DNA of 64,000 bases from Amoebophrya sp. A120 (Eukaryota > Protista > Dinoflagellata). The notes under the pieces are model-generated. The model saw nothing but the letters and a program-made list of their open reading frames with translations, had not been told where the DNA came from and did no database searches. The translations under genes and the position numbers were made by a program. The stretch lies in the NCBI GenBank assembly GCA_905178155.1, contig CAJINV010000002.1, positions 4,097,838-4,161,837 on the forward strand, read 5' to 3'. Positions 36,601 to 48,312 of the stretch are shown one piece after another (position 1 is the first letter of the stretch; each line of letters begins with the position of its first letter).

Positions 36601-39600
36601 GCCAGTTGGAACCCAGTTTCCAAGTGGCGCATGACAAATTTCGGCGGTCCCTAAATCCAGTTTGTCATGCTATTTAGGCAAAGAAGAGCGATTTTATCAT
36701 GCTACTTTAGCAGCTCGAGCTGTAACCCCAAACAGGCTTACAATCGGCCTCACTTGCCTGCTCTGCAACACACGTGCCTCGGGTCATGCATTTTATGCAT
36801 TACAGACTATTTCAACTTTGACGATTTCAAACCTGACGCTTCCATAGGTGATATCACTACCAGTGATCTCGATCAAGGATGACGGAACATCAGGAGCAGG
36901 GAATGCGTATGGATTGCAAAAATGTCTGGGTCTGGAAGAATGCAACTTGTGATGCGCATTTCAGAACACATAAAAATCTCTAATGCATAGGTAGCAAAAG
37001 CTGCCCCCTTTCTGTCACCAAAGTGGGGGATTTGTCATGCGGATTCGGCATTGCGGAAGCTCGTCGAAACCTGTGATGCTAGAGCTTCCATGCCAGACCT
37101 TGTGTGTTATGCAAAAACAGCATGAATCTTCCAGACCCAGACATTTTTACAGTTGATAATGCAAAGGAAGAAGACGACCCAGACGCAGCCGCAGCGGCAG
37201 CCGCAGCAGCGGCGAATGGCGGAAAACCGAAGCGAGCGACTCGCGCAACGAAGAAGAAGAACGAGAATTTGCCGCGGCCAGTGCAGGACTTTCTCTCGTT
37301 CCAGGACTCGTGGCGGGCGCCGTATTTGTCGGCGAAAGAGATCGACACGCTAAAGGAAGCTATCCAAGAAAAAAAATGTGCACTAAGTGGGACTTTCTTT
37401 GAGGAACAGCATCACAAATGTGCTCTGCAGGACAGAGAAATAAGCCTGTCATGCCAAGCTAGTATCAGTGAAAACATAAACACGTACGAAACAAACCTCT
37501 GATGCATGTGTCTAGCATGACAAGTGTGCGCGTCTTTCATCCTCTGCAACACAGATTTACACTTAAGTACACAGTTTTTTGCCTGCATAGAAGCCAGTGG
37601 GAAAAACAAGCAAATCCTCGCGGAGGTAGCCGGGGGAGATCTATGACAGTGCACAACTCCCCCTCCGCCTCATTTGTATAGCATGAACGGCAACACGAAT
37701 ACAAGCATCAGCAAGAATGCTGGTTTTGCATGACAGATTTGATGGCGCAAGCCGTTCATGCTATACAAATGAGGCGGAGGGGAGTTGTGCACTGTTATAA
37801 GATCCGATGGTGGTCGATGAAGAAAATTTCAACGCAAAAGACCGGTGGAACTCCACCACGAAAGTCGTCGCCATGGTCCCTGTCTCCGACGAAAGGTCCT
37901 GGGAGTCGGACAGTTTAATCCTAGCGAGTAAAAACGGGCTACTGTTGAAGCTAAAGCTCAACACGGAATTTTACCAAAAGCAACTTGTCCGGGGGTTGCA
38001 GATGATGAGGTTGAAGCCAGACGACGAAATTTCCGGCGCTTGTTTGGTCAACGAGGACGACACGCTCTGCCTCGCGAAGCAAGACGGTTCATTCCTCCAC
38101 ACCTCCGTCCGCGCGATTCGCTTCGGGAACAAAAACGGCGCCGGGAACAAGTTTTCATTCCTAACCAAGCAGAAAGTTTCAAAAGAACTCCGAGAGAAGT
38201 TCAAACAGGCCGCTGATCCGGCGAAAGCACGGAAGGAGTTTTTGCAGAAGTCCAAGCCCGCGAAGTTGGTCGCGATCTCCCGGGTGTATAACGGTGGGAA
38301 GTTGTACGATAAGACAAAGAAGATCCAGGACAAGGACGAATTTCTCTTAGCGGAGGGGATTTCCAAGCCGTCGAAAATTCTCACCGCGAGCTACTTCTAC
38401 GCGCAGTGGCGGATCAGGCAAGATTTGAAGGAGAAGGACGAAATAGGGGAATCCTTGCTGAAAGCGGAGAAAACGATTCCGAGAAAGTTAAAAGTCGCGA
38501 TCAACGAACTGTATCCGAAATTAACGGATGGAGAAAAAGAGAAATGGGTGGAGAAAGAACAGGAAGACACGAAAAGATTCGAGGAGGAGATGAAGGTGTT
38601 TAAAGAGAAAATCAAGGAGCACAAGCAGGAACTGAGGAATAACAAATTTATCAAGGGAGAAAGATTGAAGGGAACAGTAGCTGGTTCCTTAGCCGGCGGT
38701 GCGAAGAGCTATTTGTTTCAAGCAGACCACTTGTACGCCCAGGACATAGCGAAGAACTACGAGGAAAAAATGCCGGATTTGGTGGAAAAAATGAAAGCAG
38801 CCGATCCGACCATGAACACGAGCTCCGTGAACTTTCTCGGGCGGGTTTTCTTCGTGAAGAAACACATCTGGCCCACCGTCGATGAGGAGACGAAGAAACT
38901 TTGGGGGGCAGAATCGGAAAAAAAAATCGCGGCGTTGAAGGAGCAAGACGGGGCGGGGAGCAGTGCTGCGGTCGGTGCTGGGGATGAACAGGACGATGAC
39001 CCAATGCTCGGCCTAGACGGCGCAGGAGCTGTTGATGAGGACGGGAACATCAACATCAATGCCGCTGATGAAGAAGACGGGGCGGAGAATGAAGACGATG
39101 ATGAAAATGACGACGACGAAAACGAAAATGACGAGGATGACGACGTGAAAAGCAGTGGTGAAGACGACGAAGACGGCTCGGATGACGACGGCAAGACGAC
39201 CCCACGGTCCAACGCGGCAGGGGAACAAGGGGAGCTAGGAAAAAGTCTTGCTGCGGCGGGTGTAGTAGCAAAAGAGATGAATAACAACCTGTTAACCCAA
39301 AAACCATCGAAAACGCAATTAAAAGACAAGACCTGCTTTCTCTTCATCACGAAAAAAGGCCGGGGACAGCGGATCCCGGTACAGCAATTCGCCATCGAGC
39401 GGAAAACCAACACGGGAAGGCAGATCAAAACCGAGCCGGGCGATGAGTTACTGACGGTTTTGGTGCTGCACGAAGACCACTTTGACAACAACCAAAACAA
39501 GTCCTCAAGAGGACAGGGTGGGGGTTTGGCAAAGCCGAAAACGGGGGAAGAGTTTTTTTTGGATGTGAAGATCGAGGAGGAAAAGGAGAAGAAGGCATTC

Positions 39601-40741
39601 AACGGAAAAGTGGTGGAAAAAACGGTGGTCGTCACCAACGCCGAAGGGAAGGAGGAGGAGGTTGTGAAAAAGGAATACGTGAAAGACGTAAACGGGAAGT
39701 ACCAGCTGGCGCTGTACCACGAGGCGAAGGCCGGGCTGAAGCAGAAGTTTTTGGAACTGAGCGAGGAAGAGAAGAAGGAATGGGAGGAAAAAGCGAAGGC
39801 ATTCAACGAAGAAAATGCCTCTGGTGCGAAAGACCTCTCTCAAGTGCAGAGCATCCCCTCGGGGTTAATTTCCGCGAGCCAACCGGGCGAAGACTCGGAT
39901 GTGGTGAGCGTCGTGCAGAATAAGGGTGGAAATGTAAATGAGCTGCAAACGACCACTGCTGCTGCAGCAGTTGCTGCCCCAGGCCTTCCAATTCTGTCGA
40001 ACAAACAGCGACCGCATCACGAGGTTCTGTTGCTAACCTCGGACGGGGAAGCTTGCCGCATCATTCCAACGACGATTAACATCTCCAAGGGGCTGAAGGT
40101 ACTTACAATACGACTCTTGTTGATCATTTAGATTTTTTGTCATGCATTGTTAGCATTAGGTGTAGTGAGAGAAAGAAATCTGTGATGCGGAGCATGCGTG
40201 ACTTCTCACATCCCTTTATGTTGAGTACGCCAGCAGGAAATTGTGTTGAACCAAAATCCCCCCTTCCAGATCGCCAAATCGCGTAGCATTGCGAAGCTCC
40301 AGTCCGAGAGATCCCACCTGGTTGACGCCAGCTATTGCGTCACCTGGGATGTTATGCACTGCAAAAATGTCGGGGACTGGAAGAGTCATGCTGCTTTTGC
40401 ATGACAAAGAAGGTCTGGCATGGAAGCTCAAGCATCACAGGTTTCGAGGTCACAGGTTTCGAGAAGCTTCCGCAATGCCGACTCTGAATCACAAAAGCCC
40501 GACTTTGGTCACAGAAAATGGGCAGCTTTGCTGCCTATGCATGAGAGATTCTTAATATGTGTTGTGAAATGCGCATCACAAGTTTGCATTCTTCCAGACC
40601 CAGACATATTTGCAATCCACAGATGTGCCAGAAAAGGCGAGCGACCGGAAGGCGCGACTGCAGGCGGAGCGGTTGGCGGAGAAGGAGAATCGGCTGGAGA
40701 CGGTTTTTGAGGACAGCGAGGAAGAGGACGAGGACGAGTGA
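24604..40741 (+). CDS. TOP2: DNA topoisomerase II (type IIA) with GyrA-CTD-like and HMG-box-like C-terminal extension; ~20 introns
   Basis: EHILARPDTYVG, KIFDEILVNAAD, GGRNGYGAKL, LILTEGDSAK, PLRGK, MADQDLDGSHIKGL, YYKGLGTS, YHHGE, QFGTR, SSRYIFT, NGANGIGTGWST in order after element removal. Confidence 0.96.
24671..24818. mobile_element. Introner, family D
   Basis: Family D TIRs; TSD GGCCT. Confidence 0.9.
24909..25190. mobile_element. Introner, family C
   Basis: Family C TIRs; 8-bp flanking repeat GCCACCGG. Confidence 0.9.
25665..25918. mobile_element. Introner, family G
   Basis: TATGGCTTGCTCAGATG...CCTGAGCGGGTTATA; TSD CACGA. Confidence 0.88.
26030..26245. mobile_element. Introner, family E
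   Basis: TATGCAAGAAAAAAATTGTGT...ACACAGTTTTTTTCTTGGATA; TSD ACGGT; splits GGRNGYG|AKL. Confidence 0.92.
26283..26587. mobile_element. Introner, family F
   Basis: TATGCGAGTGTCAGGATCGAAAT...ATTTCGATTCTGACACTTCCATA; TSD CGGTT. Confidence 0.9.
27148..27375. mobile_element. Introner, family B
   Basis: Family B TIRs; TSD decayed, but removal plus 5 nt restores the frame. Confidence 0.82.
28495..28653. mobile_element. Introner, family D
   Basis: Family D-like TIRs; TSD CGACA. Confidence 0.85.
29008..33438. repeat. Repeat-cargo array 2: five copies of an identical 40-bp core separating four unrelated inserts
   Basis: TCAGATGTTGTGGTGTCCTTTTCCTTCAGATGCTGCGTTC at 29030, 29516, 30579, 31675, 33387; inserts of ~430, ~989, ~1050 and ~1669 bp. 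Confidence 0.95.
29825..30091. repeat. Five spaced 25-bp palindromes
   Basis: AGTGAGAAATCA(C/G)TGATTTCTCACT at 29825, 29875, 29924, 29977, 30067. Confidence 0.9.
33766..33974. mobile_element. Introner, family E
   Basis: Family E TIRs; TSD TCACG. Confidence 0.9.
34040..34292. mobile_element. Introner, family A
   Basis: Family A TIRs; TSD GAGCG. Confidence 0.9.
35205..35414. mobile_element. Introner, family E
   Basis: Family E TIRs; TSD CTCCA/CTTCA. Confidence 0.88.
36023..36285. mobile_element. Introner, family A (reverse orientation relative to 2293)
   Basis: Family A TIRs; TSD GAAAA. Confidence 0.9.
36540..36846. mobile_element. Introner, family F
   Basis: Family F TIRs; TSD GGTGA. Confidence 0.9.
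36908..37158. mobile_element. Introner, family A
   Basis: Family A TIRs; TSD ATGCG/ATGCA. Confidence 0.88.
37361..37589. mobile_element. Introner, family E
   Basis: Family E TIRs; TSD GAAGC. Confidence 0.88.
37642..37799. mobile_element. Introner, family B
   Basis: Long TIR TATGACAGTGCACAACTCCCCCTCCGCCTCATTTGTATAGCATGAACGG; TSD AGATC. Confidence 0.92.
40353..40621. mobile_element. Introner, family A
   Basis: Family A TIRs; TSD GATGT. Confidence 0.87.
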
Positions 40742-42509
40742 TAGATCATGAAGGGATCATCTTCTGAAGGTAGTTCTAAGATTCAAGAATCCACTTGTTC
40801 TGTGGGCCACATGGGACATCTTTATTTTCCATCGCAGCGCCGAAAAAGCTCGCGGTAGGCCGTCGTCCGCTACGAATGCTCTCAGTTACTCCAACAATTT
40901 CAGGATAAACTTTACTTCACTAACACTTTTTTTTCGAAACTTTGTCAGTACTCATCACCAGCATGCAGAAGCCTTTTGCTGGTGCTTATCTGTTTAGCTT
41001 TTTTGAAAAACAAAAACGGGAAGATTTTAGATTATTGAAAATAAAAGTTTCTGGGGCGCCAACTTAAAAAAGTTGGCGAGGCTACTTCTACTCGGGCCTC
41101 ATTTGATGAAAATGAAAAGACGACTCTAGCTACCTATTCCAAAATGAACCTTTCTAGCGTCTTTCCGCAGTAGCGTCTTTCCGGAAGTGTCGCAAAAAGT
41201 AGTTTCGGGCACGACAATTCTGTGGCGACATGCTTGTATGACGACACGGTAAAACTAAAAATGCAAATGTATCCATAGTGATAGTCTTCAACTCCAACCC
41301 ACTTTACAATTTTTTTGCAAGAGCTCCTTTACGCAACGCACTGTCGCTGATAGTCTGTAGCTGTCACGTTTCGTGCAGCTGCTCGACACCACACGACCGA
41401 GTAAACAGCATTCGTTTAATATCGTCCCGCCTAGGTACCAGTATCTTTGTGTGTTCGGCTGCTGGTGCTACCCGTTGAGATGACTACAGTCGTTGTGGAT
41501 ACGACATTATGTGGTCAGGCGCGAAACAACAATCCGCCATAATAGAGCGGCTACAGGAGAGAAAAGGAGGCTATATCTTTCTAGAAAGGACCTACGGGTC
41601 CAAGTGTCGGGAGGTACTTCTACATGAGAGAAGCAGAAATAAGAGCGAAGGAGCATGATCGTAGATGAAGGGCAAGCACTTGACGTTGAGACGTACATAT
41701 CGATTGGCGTGGTCGAGCATCGCCCACATCGTGCTCGTATAGTCAAGAACCTCGGCAGCGTAAGTTAAGACGCAACTCCATGTGGTTCTGATTTTCGAAA
41801 GATGCACCCACCTGAATTACAGGACCAAATGTCTATGAGTATGATGTTTGTAAGTACGTCAATCACAAGGTATGATTCTCGACGCCTATCAACAGCACCA
41901 GTCTCATGTTCGTCTCGATCGAGTTGTAGGATGCATGCAGAAGAAGCGAAAATAAAGTAGAAACACTCTGAGGAGGCCACGTTATTTGTTGCCACGATCT
42001 TTTTACTAATAAATACATAGTAATATCAAGTCAATCGCCTCGCGATAGCTGATCAAGATGAGCTTGTTGCTTTCTGATTGGTGAACAAGACACCGACTTA
42101 GAAATCGTCTTTGCTGCTCCACCAGTTGTACTCTCTGCTGCGTCGTTCGTTCGTTCCACGACTGGCGAACAACAATCTCCCCGCGGACGAGACCACGAAA
42201 AGGACAAGAACATCAACAGGAGCCAACCGCTGCCCGCGCTCTGCTCCATCCTGCTCAACTCCTCTTCCCCTAACTCTTTCGATTTTTTCGCACCAGCAGC
42301 CAGAGCCGAACCCTCTAGTTGTACTGTCGGAACAAGAACGAAGGAGCTGCACAAGGTCGGTTATTAACGGTAGCCAACCCCCGAAAGAGGAAGAGCGCCA
42401 GCCGCCACATCAGCGACAGCGCCCCAAGCGAGCAGGATCCCTAGAAGAAGTAAGTATTCCAGGCGGAGGACTCACTTCTACGCCTACGCAAGCAGACCAA
42501 GAAAAAATC

Positions 42510-45500
42510 ATGGCGACCGAAGCGCCACCGAATGCCGCGCACATGTCAGAGCGGCAGGAGTACCGGTTATGAACTGCAAAAGTATCGTACTAGTATAAAT
42601 TGCAATCATGCATTACAAATCTTTTTCTCAAGGTAAATCTGCATCACAAATTTTCTTTCTCATGCTGAGAAAATTTGTAATGCATTTATACGAGTACGAT
42701 ACTTTTGCAGTGCATACCGATGGATGCTCTACAACGGTACACCGGCAGCGCGGGTAAAAGCACTGGAAACGCTCTTCATCAAGTTTGACATCAACGGTAT
42801 AAAGTTGCTTCTGCTTGTCTTTTTCATGCGTAACTTCTGTGCATGACAAAGGTCGTCTGTCATGCGTGTGACCCGCATGATTTTTTTGAAGCAAACTTAT
42901 AGTTATGCAAAAAGTTTACCACCTATTTCTATTTGTATTTCCAGGTTCTGGCGAAATCGACTACGATGAATTCAAGAAGATTCTCTGGTCTTGCATTACA
43001 AATCTTGTTCCCAAGGCAGATCAGCATGACAAATTTCATTTCTCGTGCTGAGGAAATTTGTAATGCAATTTCGGCCGCTCAGGGTGCAACTCAATAGGGC
43101 CGTCCGTGGAAAATGGCTAGCAGGGGGCGCGCTTCTAGAAGTTGTCTCTAGAAGCCCCACCCAGAAAGCTGCATCGAAGACGCACTGAAGAAAACGACTG
43201 GCACTGCGGGGGCCGTCCTCGCGGGCGGAAAATAGCACAACAGCGGAGCTCCTTTTGGCCCCAATTTCTTTTCCTATAGATTGGAGGGCGCTCCATAGTG
43301 GCTGAGTAGTACGTAGGGGAGGCCGTTCTACGAGTTTTTTTGTGGTAGCGGCCCCACCGGGCGGGCTTCTTTACTTTAGAATGAAGGGGCCGGCGAAACG
43401 GCAGGGGGTGCGCTGCGGGTGGTAATGTCTAGAAATGAGACAGCGCACACGAGGGCAATCAGGCCAAGGCCCGCGGCCGGGTGGGGGCGAGCTAGCAGCT
43501 GAGCTCGGGGAACGAAAGCGAGCGCGCCCTCTAATGTGGGCCGCTTCTAGGGAAGGGCGCTACTAGCAAGCGCGGGCCCGGTTTGCCATGCTAAAACCGC
43601 CCGCCGGGCTTCTAATAGTGGCCGCGGCTGCGCTAGGTGCAGACTCCCAATGGTAAGGCTCTTTCGACTAGCCTGCGTCCCCACACTCGCCAAGTTTTTT
43701 CCTTGGTGTTTACATTTAGATTTACTAGACGACCTATCGCCGGCGTCCTGGACGCCGGCGTAGTAGTCTAGTAGTTATACAAAAAGTTTACCACCTATTT
43801 CCAGGTTCTGGCGAAATCGACTACGATGAATTTAAGAAGTATCCACAAAAAATTTCCCGTACACGTACAAATGCCGTTTCTGCATGACAAAGCTTCCCTC
43901 TGATCCTGTTTGGCATGACAAGTTGTCTGCTCTAAGTATAGTGAAATTTGTGATGCATGTTGTACATGTTGTACGGGAAATTTGTATTGCATACGAAGAT
44001 TCTCTGGTGGCTCGAGTTTTCCCTCTCCGATGAGGGTGTGCGAGAAATCTTCGACGAGCTCGACGCGGATCGGTCTAACTGTCTGGATATCACATGCAAA
44101 TATGTCTGGGTCTGGGAGATATCGAGCTTTGTCATGCTAGTCTGGCATGACTCCGAACTCTGTATTGCGTGGCCGCGAAGGCTCCTCTTGGCTGTCATGC
44201 AAAAACGCAGTTTCTCATGCAGAGCGCGCAACTCAGAAGGGCCGAAAAATTTGTCATGCTTGGCAGCGCATTTGCATTACAATGTGCTCACTATTCCCTT
44301 CCGTGCATCACAGGTTTCCAGACCCAGACATGTTTGCAATGCATACTGGACATGCGAGAATTCGTGCGGTTTTTCGACGTGCTCGACCGGTATCGACAAA
44401 TGCACGAGGCGGACGTGAAGGACCAGCAAGTCGGATTATGCATTGCAAAAGTATGATCGTACTCGTACTAATTGCAGACATGCATGACAGATCGCCTTGG
44501 TAAGCTAAAACAGCATTACAAATTTCATCTGTCATGCTAAGGAAATTTGTAATGCAATTTAAACGTAGTACGATGCTTTTGCACTTCATACGGGTTGGTC
44601 CGCAGCAAGATCTGCCAGATGTTTTTCGTCATCATCATCCTGGCCACCGCGTTTTTCGCCTATTCCTGGGTGGCGGCGTCCGCGCAGGGCCGGGACGCGA
44701 GCAAGTGGTTGACCATGACGCTCGTCGGGGCCAGCATGCTGTTCGTCGGGATATTCGTGCTGGCCGCGTACCCGATTCTCATGATGAAATACGAAAAGTA
44801 CCAACAGGAGAGGGAACAGCGGAATTTTGAACTCCAGCAAATGAAAGCAAACATGGCACACCACGAGACCATGGACTCACCAAAGAGCGGGAAGGGATCG
44901 GTATGGATATTGATGAATGTGATGTTGAGTAGCATCACAATTTTTTTGCATCGCATGACGGAGAAATCTTGTCATGCGACGCTAGCACGCGACCGAAATC
45001 GCATCTGGAAAGAGGCTCTGATTGATATCCAGCATGGCAAGTACAAATCAATAGCATTTTCTGCATCACAGACTTACACTTTTTACCCACGTTCAAAATA
45101 ATACAGAAATCACCCATGGGAATGGGTTCGACCTCGCGATCAAGGCCACAACTCGACTCCGATGGGTATGGAGGGGTTCTCACACGTTACACTGACTGCT
45201 GTTACATGAATTTTCCATGCGAAATCAGTAGCACCCTCCACTTCCACACAATGAATCGTTTTTGTGCATCACAAGTTCTTGACGCGCTTTATAGCATGGA
45301 AAGCAGTTCCAGATTTGTATGTGCAAGACGTGCAAACGCTAACGCCCCCCCTTTCCTTTTGTTGCTGTTGCACCACGAATTCACGTAACAGCTAAGCAGT
45401 GTAACGCTTGTGAGCGCCATAACGCGTTTGCGGACTTCGGAGACGAGCCTCGCTTCCAATCGTCCACTATGACACCCTATGAACTGCAAAAGTATCGTAT

Positions 45501-48312
45501 TCGTATAAATGCATGACAAATTCCCTCAGCATGAGAAATAGAATTTGTAACGCGGATTTACCTTGAGAAAAAAATTTGTAATGCATGACTGCAATACGAG
45601 TGCGATACTTTTGCACAGGATACACCCGGCGGCGGGCAGCAGATGATGAGCTCTTACCGGATGAGCAGAATGGACCAGAGTATCATACGAAAAAAGTGTT
45701 TCACTGTAAAAGATTTTGCGAGTTTCGCATTACAAGTTCGTTACATGTGACAAGGAAAACTTGCCGTGATGCGCGGTTGCAAAGGGAAATAAACACAGCT
45801 AAAAATCACTTGTCTTGCATGTGTAGCAACACAAACACTTCTACGATGCATTGTCTGCATTACAAGTTTACAGTGAAGCAGTTTTTTCTTGTGATACAGA
45901 GCCAAATGCAGTTGATGGATCAGTCCATGCACAGTACGATGGGAGCGAGTCAGATATCCTGTGCAAAAGTATCGTACTCGTATTGTAATCATGCATTACA
46001 AATCCTGTTCTTAAGGCAAATTAGCATTACAAATTTTATTTCTCATGCTGAGGAAGTTTGTAATGCATTTATACGAGTACGATACTTTTGCAGTTCATAT
46101 CAGACCATGAGTCCCAACAACCAGAGTCAACAGCATAATATGGGCGGCAGTCCGAATAACCAGTCCAAATACGCACTGCAGGACTTTTCGAAGCATATCG
46201 TACGAAAAAAGTGTTTCACGATTGTAAGGATTTTGCAAGTTTTGCATCACAAGTTTGCTCTACATCACCGAGAAAATTTGCCATGCGAGATTCCTAAGGG
46301 AAAACACAGGTAAAACTCCATTGGCTTGCATGTGTAGCAAGACAAATACTTCTCAGATACATTTTCTGCATTACAAGTTTACAGTGAAGCAGTTTTTTCT
46401 TGCGATAAAGCAGGCCTCGCAGATATTGTCCGATGAAGAGTTGATCGCCGAATACCAAAACAATGAGGAGATCGAAGACTTCGCATACCACCAGGGGAAC
46501 TACGATTTGGCAAAAATCCAGCAGCACCAAATAACACCCTCGACGTTTCACCCCATGGCGACAAAGGGATATCGAGGTATAATTTTTGAAATGCAAAAAC
46601 GCAGTTTCTCATGTAGTTGACGCAAGAGATAGTCGCTCAGAAAGTACTTGTCATGCGCATCCCCATGATATTGGAGGCTGCTTATTATTCGCAAACTTGC
46701 ATCACAAGTTTCCAGAGCCAGACCCAGACATGTTTGCACTGCCTAGGTCTACTCGCTCAACAATTTTTCTTCCACAGGTTCTTGGGTCCAGAAGAACAAT
46801 CCGAACCTGACCCTCCAAGGAAGCTCCGCGGCCACCACTTTCTGGTCGCGCAAAAGTGTTGGCCAAGTGCTCCATGGCCATCACTTTTGCCCATCACTTT
46901 CCGGTCGGGCAACCGGGCAAGAGTGATGGCCAAGAGCTTCCAGGCAGGCACTTTTTGCCACCTCTTTCGTTCCGGCCGGGCACGCTTTTCCTATTCGGCT
47001 TCAATCACTTTTCTCGCGCACGCTTTTGCCCCTCGGCTTCTGGTGCATGGCATGGGCGGGGGGGCGCGAGGCAAAACCGCGCAAACAAGCCCCCGGAAGC
47101 GTGAGGCCCATCCCCATCCAGGGGCGGGGGTTTTCTTTACGCCGGCCGCCGAAGCCGCCCCAGAATAAGCTTCGCAACTGGCCTCCTTCGCTTTGCTTGC
47201 CGCGTGCGGCTAAAGGGCTGACGGCGGGCCGGCGTCCTGGACGCCGGACCGCAAAAGGCGTTAAAGCGGCGAGGCCGCTAGGGCAAGCGCAGGCGCGGCA
47301 ACGCGGCTATAGGGCTGACGGCGGGCCGGCGTCCTGGACGCCGGACCGCAAAAGGCGTTAAGGCGGCGAGGCCGGTAGGGCAAGCGCAGGCGCGGCAACG
47401 ATCTTCCTCGCGGCAGGCAGCGTTATGCTTTTCAACCTTCTAGCCACATCCTATTCGACTCCACGCCAGACCTTCTAAACGCATTCCCATCTTTAGAATT
47501 ATCTTTAAATCTACTAGCCCAGCGGGCGTCCTGGACGCCCGCGTCAAGAGGCTAGTAGATCTACTTGCTCGAGAACAATTTTTCTCGGGTCCAGAAGAAC
47601 AATTTTTCCACAGGTTCTTGGGTCCAGAAGAACAATCCGAACCTGATATTGCAGTGAAAAGTGCCCCCCACCCCTGAAAGTGCAAAATTTGTGATGCGAA
47701 GTTTCCAAATGAAAACTTTCTGTCATGCATGGAAGGAGTATGGATCTTTCTGATGCAGAGTCTAGGCGTATATCGCATCGCTTGCATGACAAGCGCCGCT
47801 CTTTCTGGGCCCTTTTGCAATACAAATTTTTGCTATTCACGATTGAAGACCTGTGATGCTGATAGATGCAAGAGCGCGAATGTTTCATTTGGAAAGGTTT
47901 GCAATACAAATGCTTTTAAGTTCGGGGGTGGGGGCATTTTTCATTGTAATACCTGACCCTCCAAGGAACGTCAGACTACGTTGGAAAATCTATCCAGAAC
48001 ACGAACCGAATGAGCCAGCACGCGCAGAGGGAGGGTTTGACGAAGCAGAAAATCGAAAACATCAAACTCAACTCCACCATCTCGAGCGGGTGGTACGGCG
48101 GCAGCTGCAGCCCCTACGAAAGCAGCCACATGATACCGCCCCAGGCCACGAATAACCGGATCGCGCCGACGGAGCCGGGTGGCCTGATAGGGGGCACGGC
48201 GCCGAGGGGGCACGGACAGGGGGCTTTAATGAATACGGGGATGTCCTCGAGTCCGAAGAAAATCGGGACCCACGGAAACAGCCCTAAATCACAACTGGCG
48301 CTGGGGAATTAG
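42510..48312 (+). CDS. EF-hand pair plus two-transmembrane-helix protein (multi-exon)
   Basis: Spliced FIKFDINGSGEIDYDEFKKIL...IFDELDADRSNCLDMREF, then hydrophobic FFVIILATAFFAYSWVA and LVGASMLFVGIFVLAAYPIL; last exon ends at 48312. Confidence 0.75.
42568..42716. mobile_element. Introner, family D
   Basis: Family D TIRs; TSD CCGGT/CCGAT. Confidence 0.88.
42990..43771 (+). mobile_element. GC-rich insert with Helitron-like 3' end, flanked by an ~80-90-bp duplication
   Basis: Ends in hairpin CGCCGGCGTCCTGGACGCCGGCG + 7 nt + CTAG|T; flank 42900-42989 is repeated at 43772-44008. Confidence 0.65.
43840..43993. mobile_element. Introner (minor family)
   Basis: TATCCACAAAAAATTTCCCGTAC...GTACGGGAAATTTGTATTGCATA; TSD AGAAG/CGAAG. 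Confidence 0.85.
44088..44345. mobile_element. Introner, family A
   Basis: Family A TIRs; TSD CTGGA. Confidence 0.9.
44437..44590. mobile_element. Introner, family D
   Basis: Family D TIRs; TSD CGGAT/CGGGT. Confidence 0.85.
45167..45421. mobile_element. Introner, family H
   Basis: Family H TIRs; TSD decayed. Confidence 0.8.
45478..45622. mobile_element. Introner, family D
   Basis: Family D TIRs; TSD CACCC. Confidence 0.9.
45681..45896. mobile_element. Introner, family J
   Basis: Family J-like TIRs; TSD CAGAG. Confidence 0.88.
45955..46099. mobile_element. Introner, family D
   Basis: Family D TIRs, opposite orientation to 45478; TSD TCAGA. Confidence 0.9.
46196..46407. mobile_element. Introner, family J
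   Basis: Similar to the 45681 copy; TSD AAGCA. Confidence 0.88.
46823..47555 (+). mobile_element. GC-rich insert with Helitron-like 3' end, flanked by an ~80-bp duplication
   Basis: Ends in hairpin GCGGGCGTCCTGGACGCCCGC + 9 nt + CTAG|T; internal 97-bp tandem repeat at 47207-47400; flank 46744-46822 is repeated at 47556-47968. Confidence 0.65.
47647..47951. mobile_element. Introner (minor family)
   Basis: TATTGCAGTGAAAAGTGCCCCCCACCCC...GGGGTGGGGGCATTTTTCATTGTAATA; TSD CCTGA. Confidence 0.9.
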
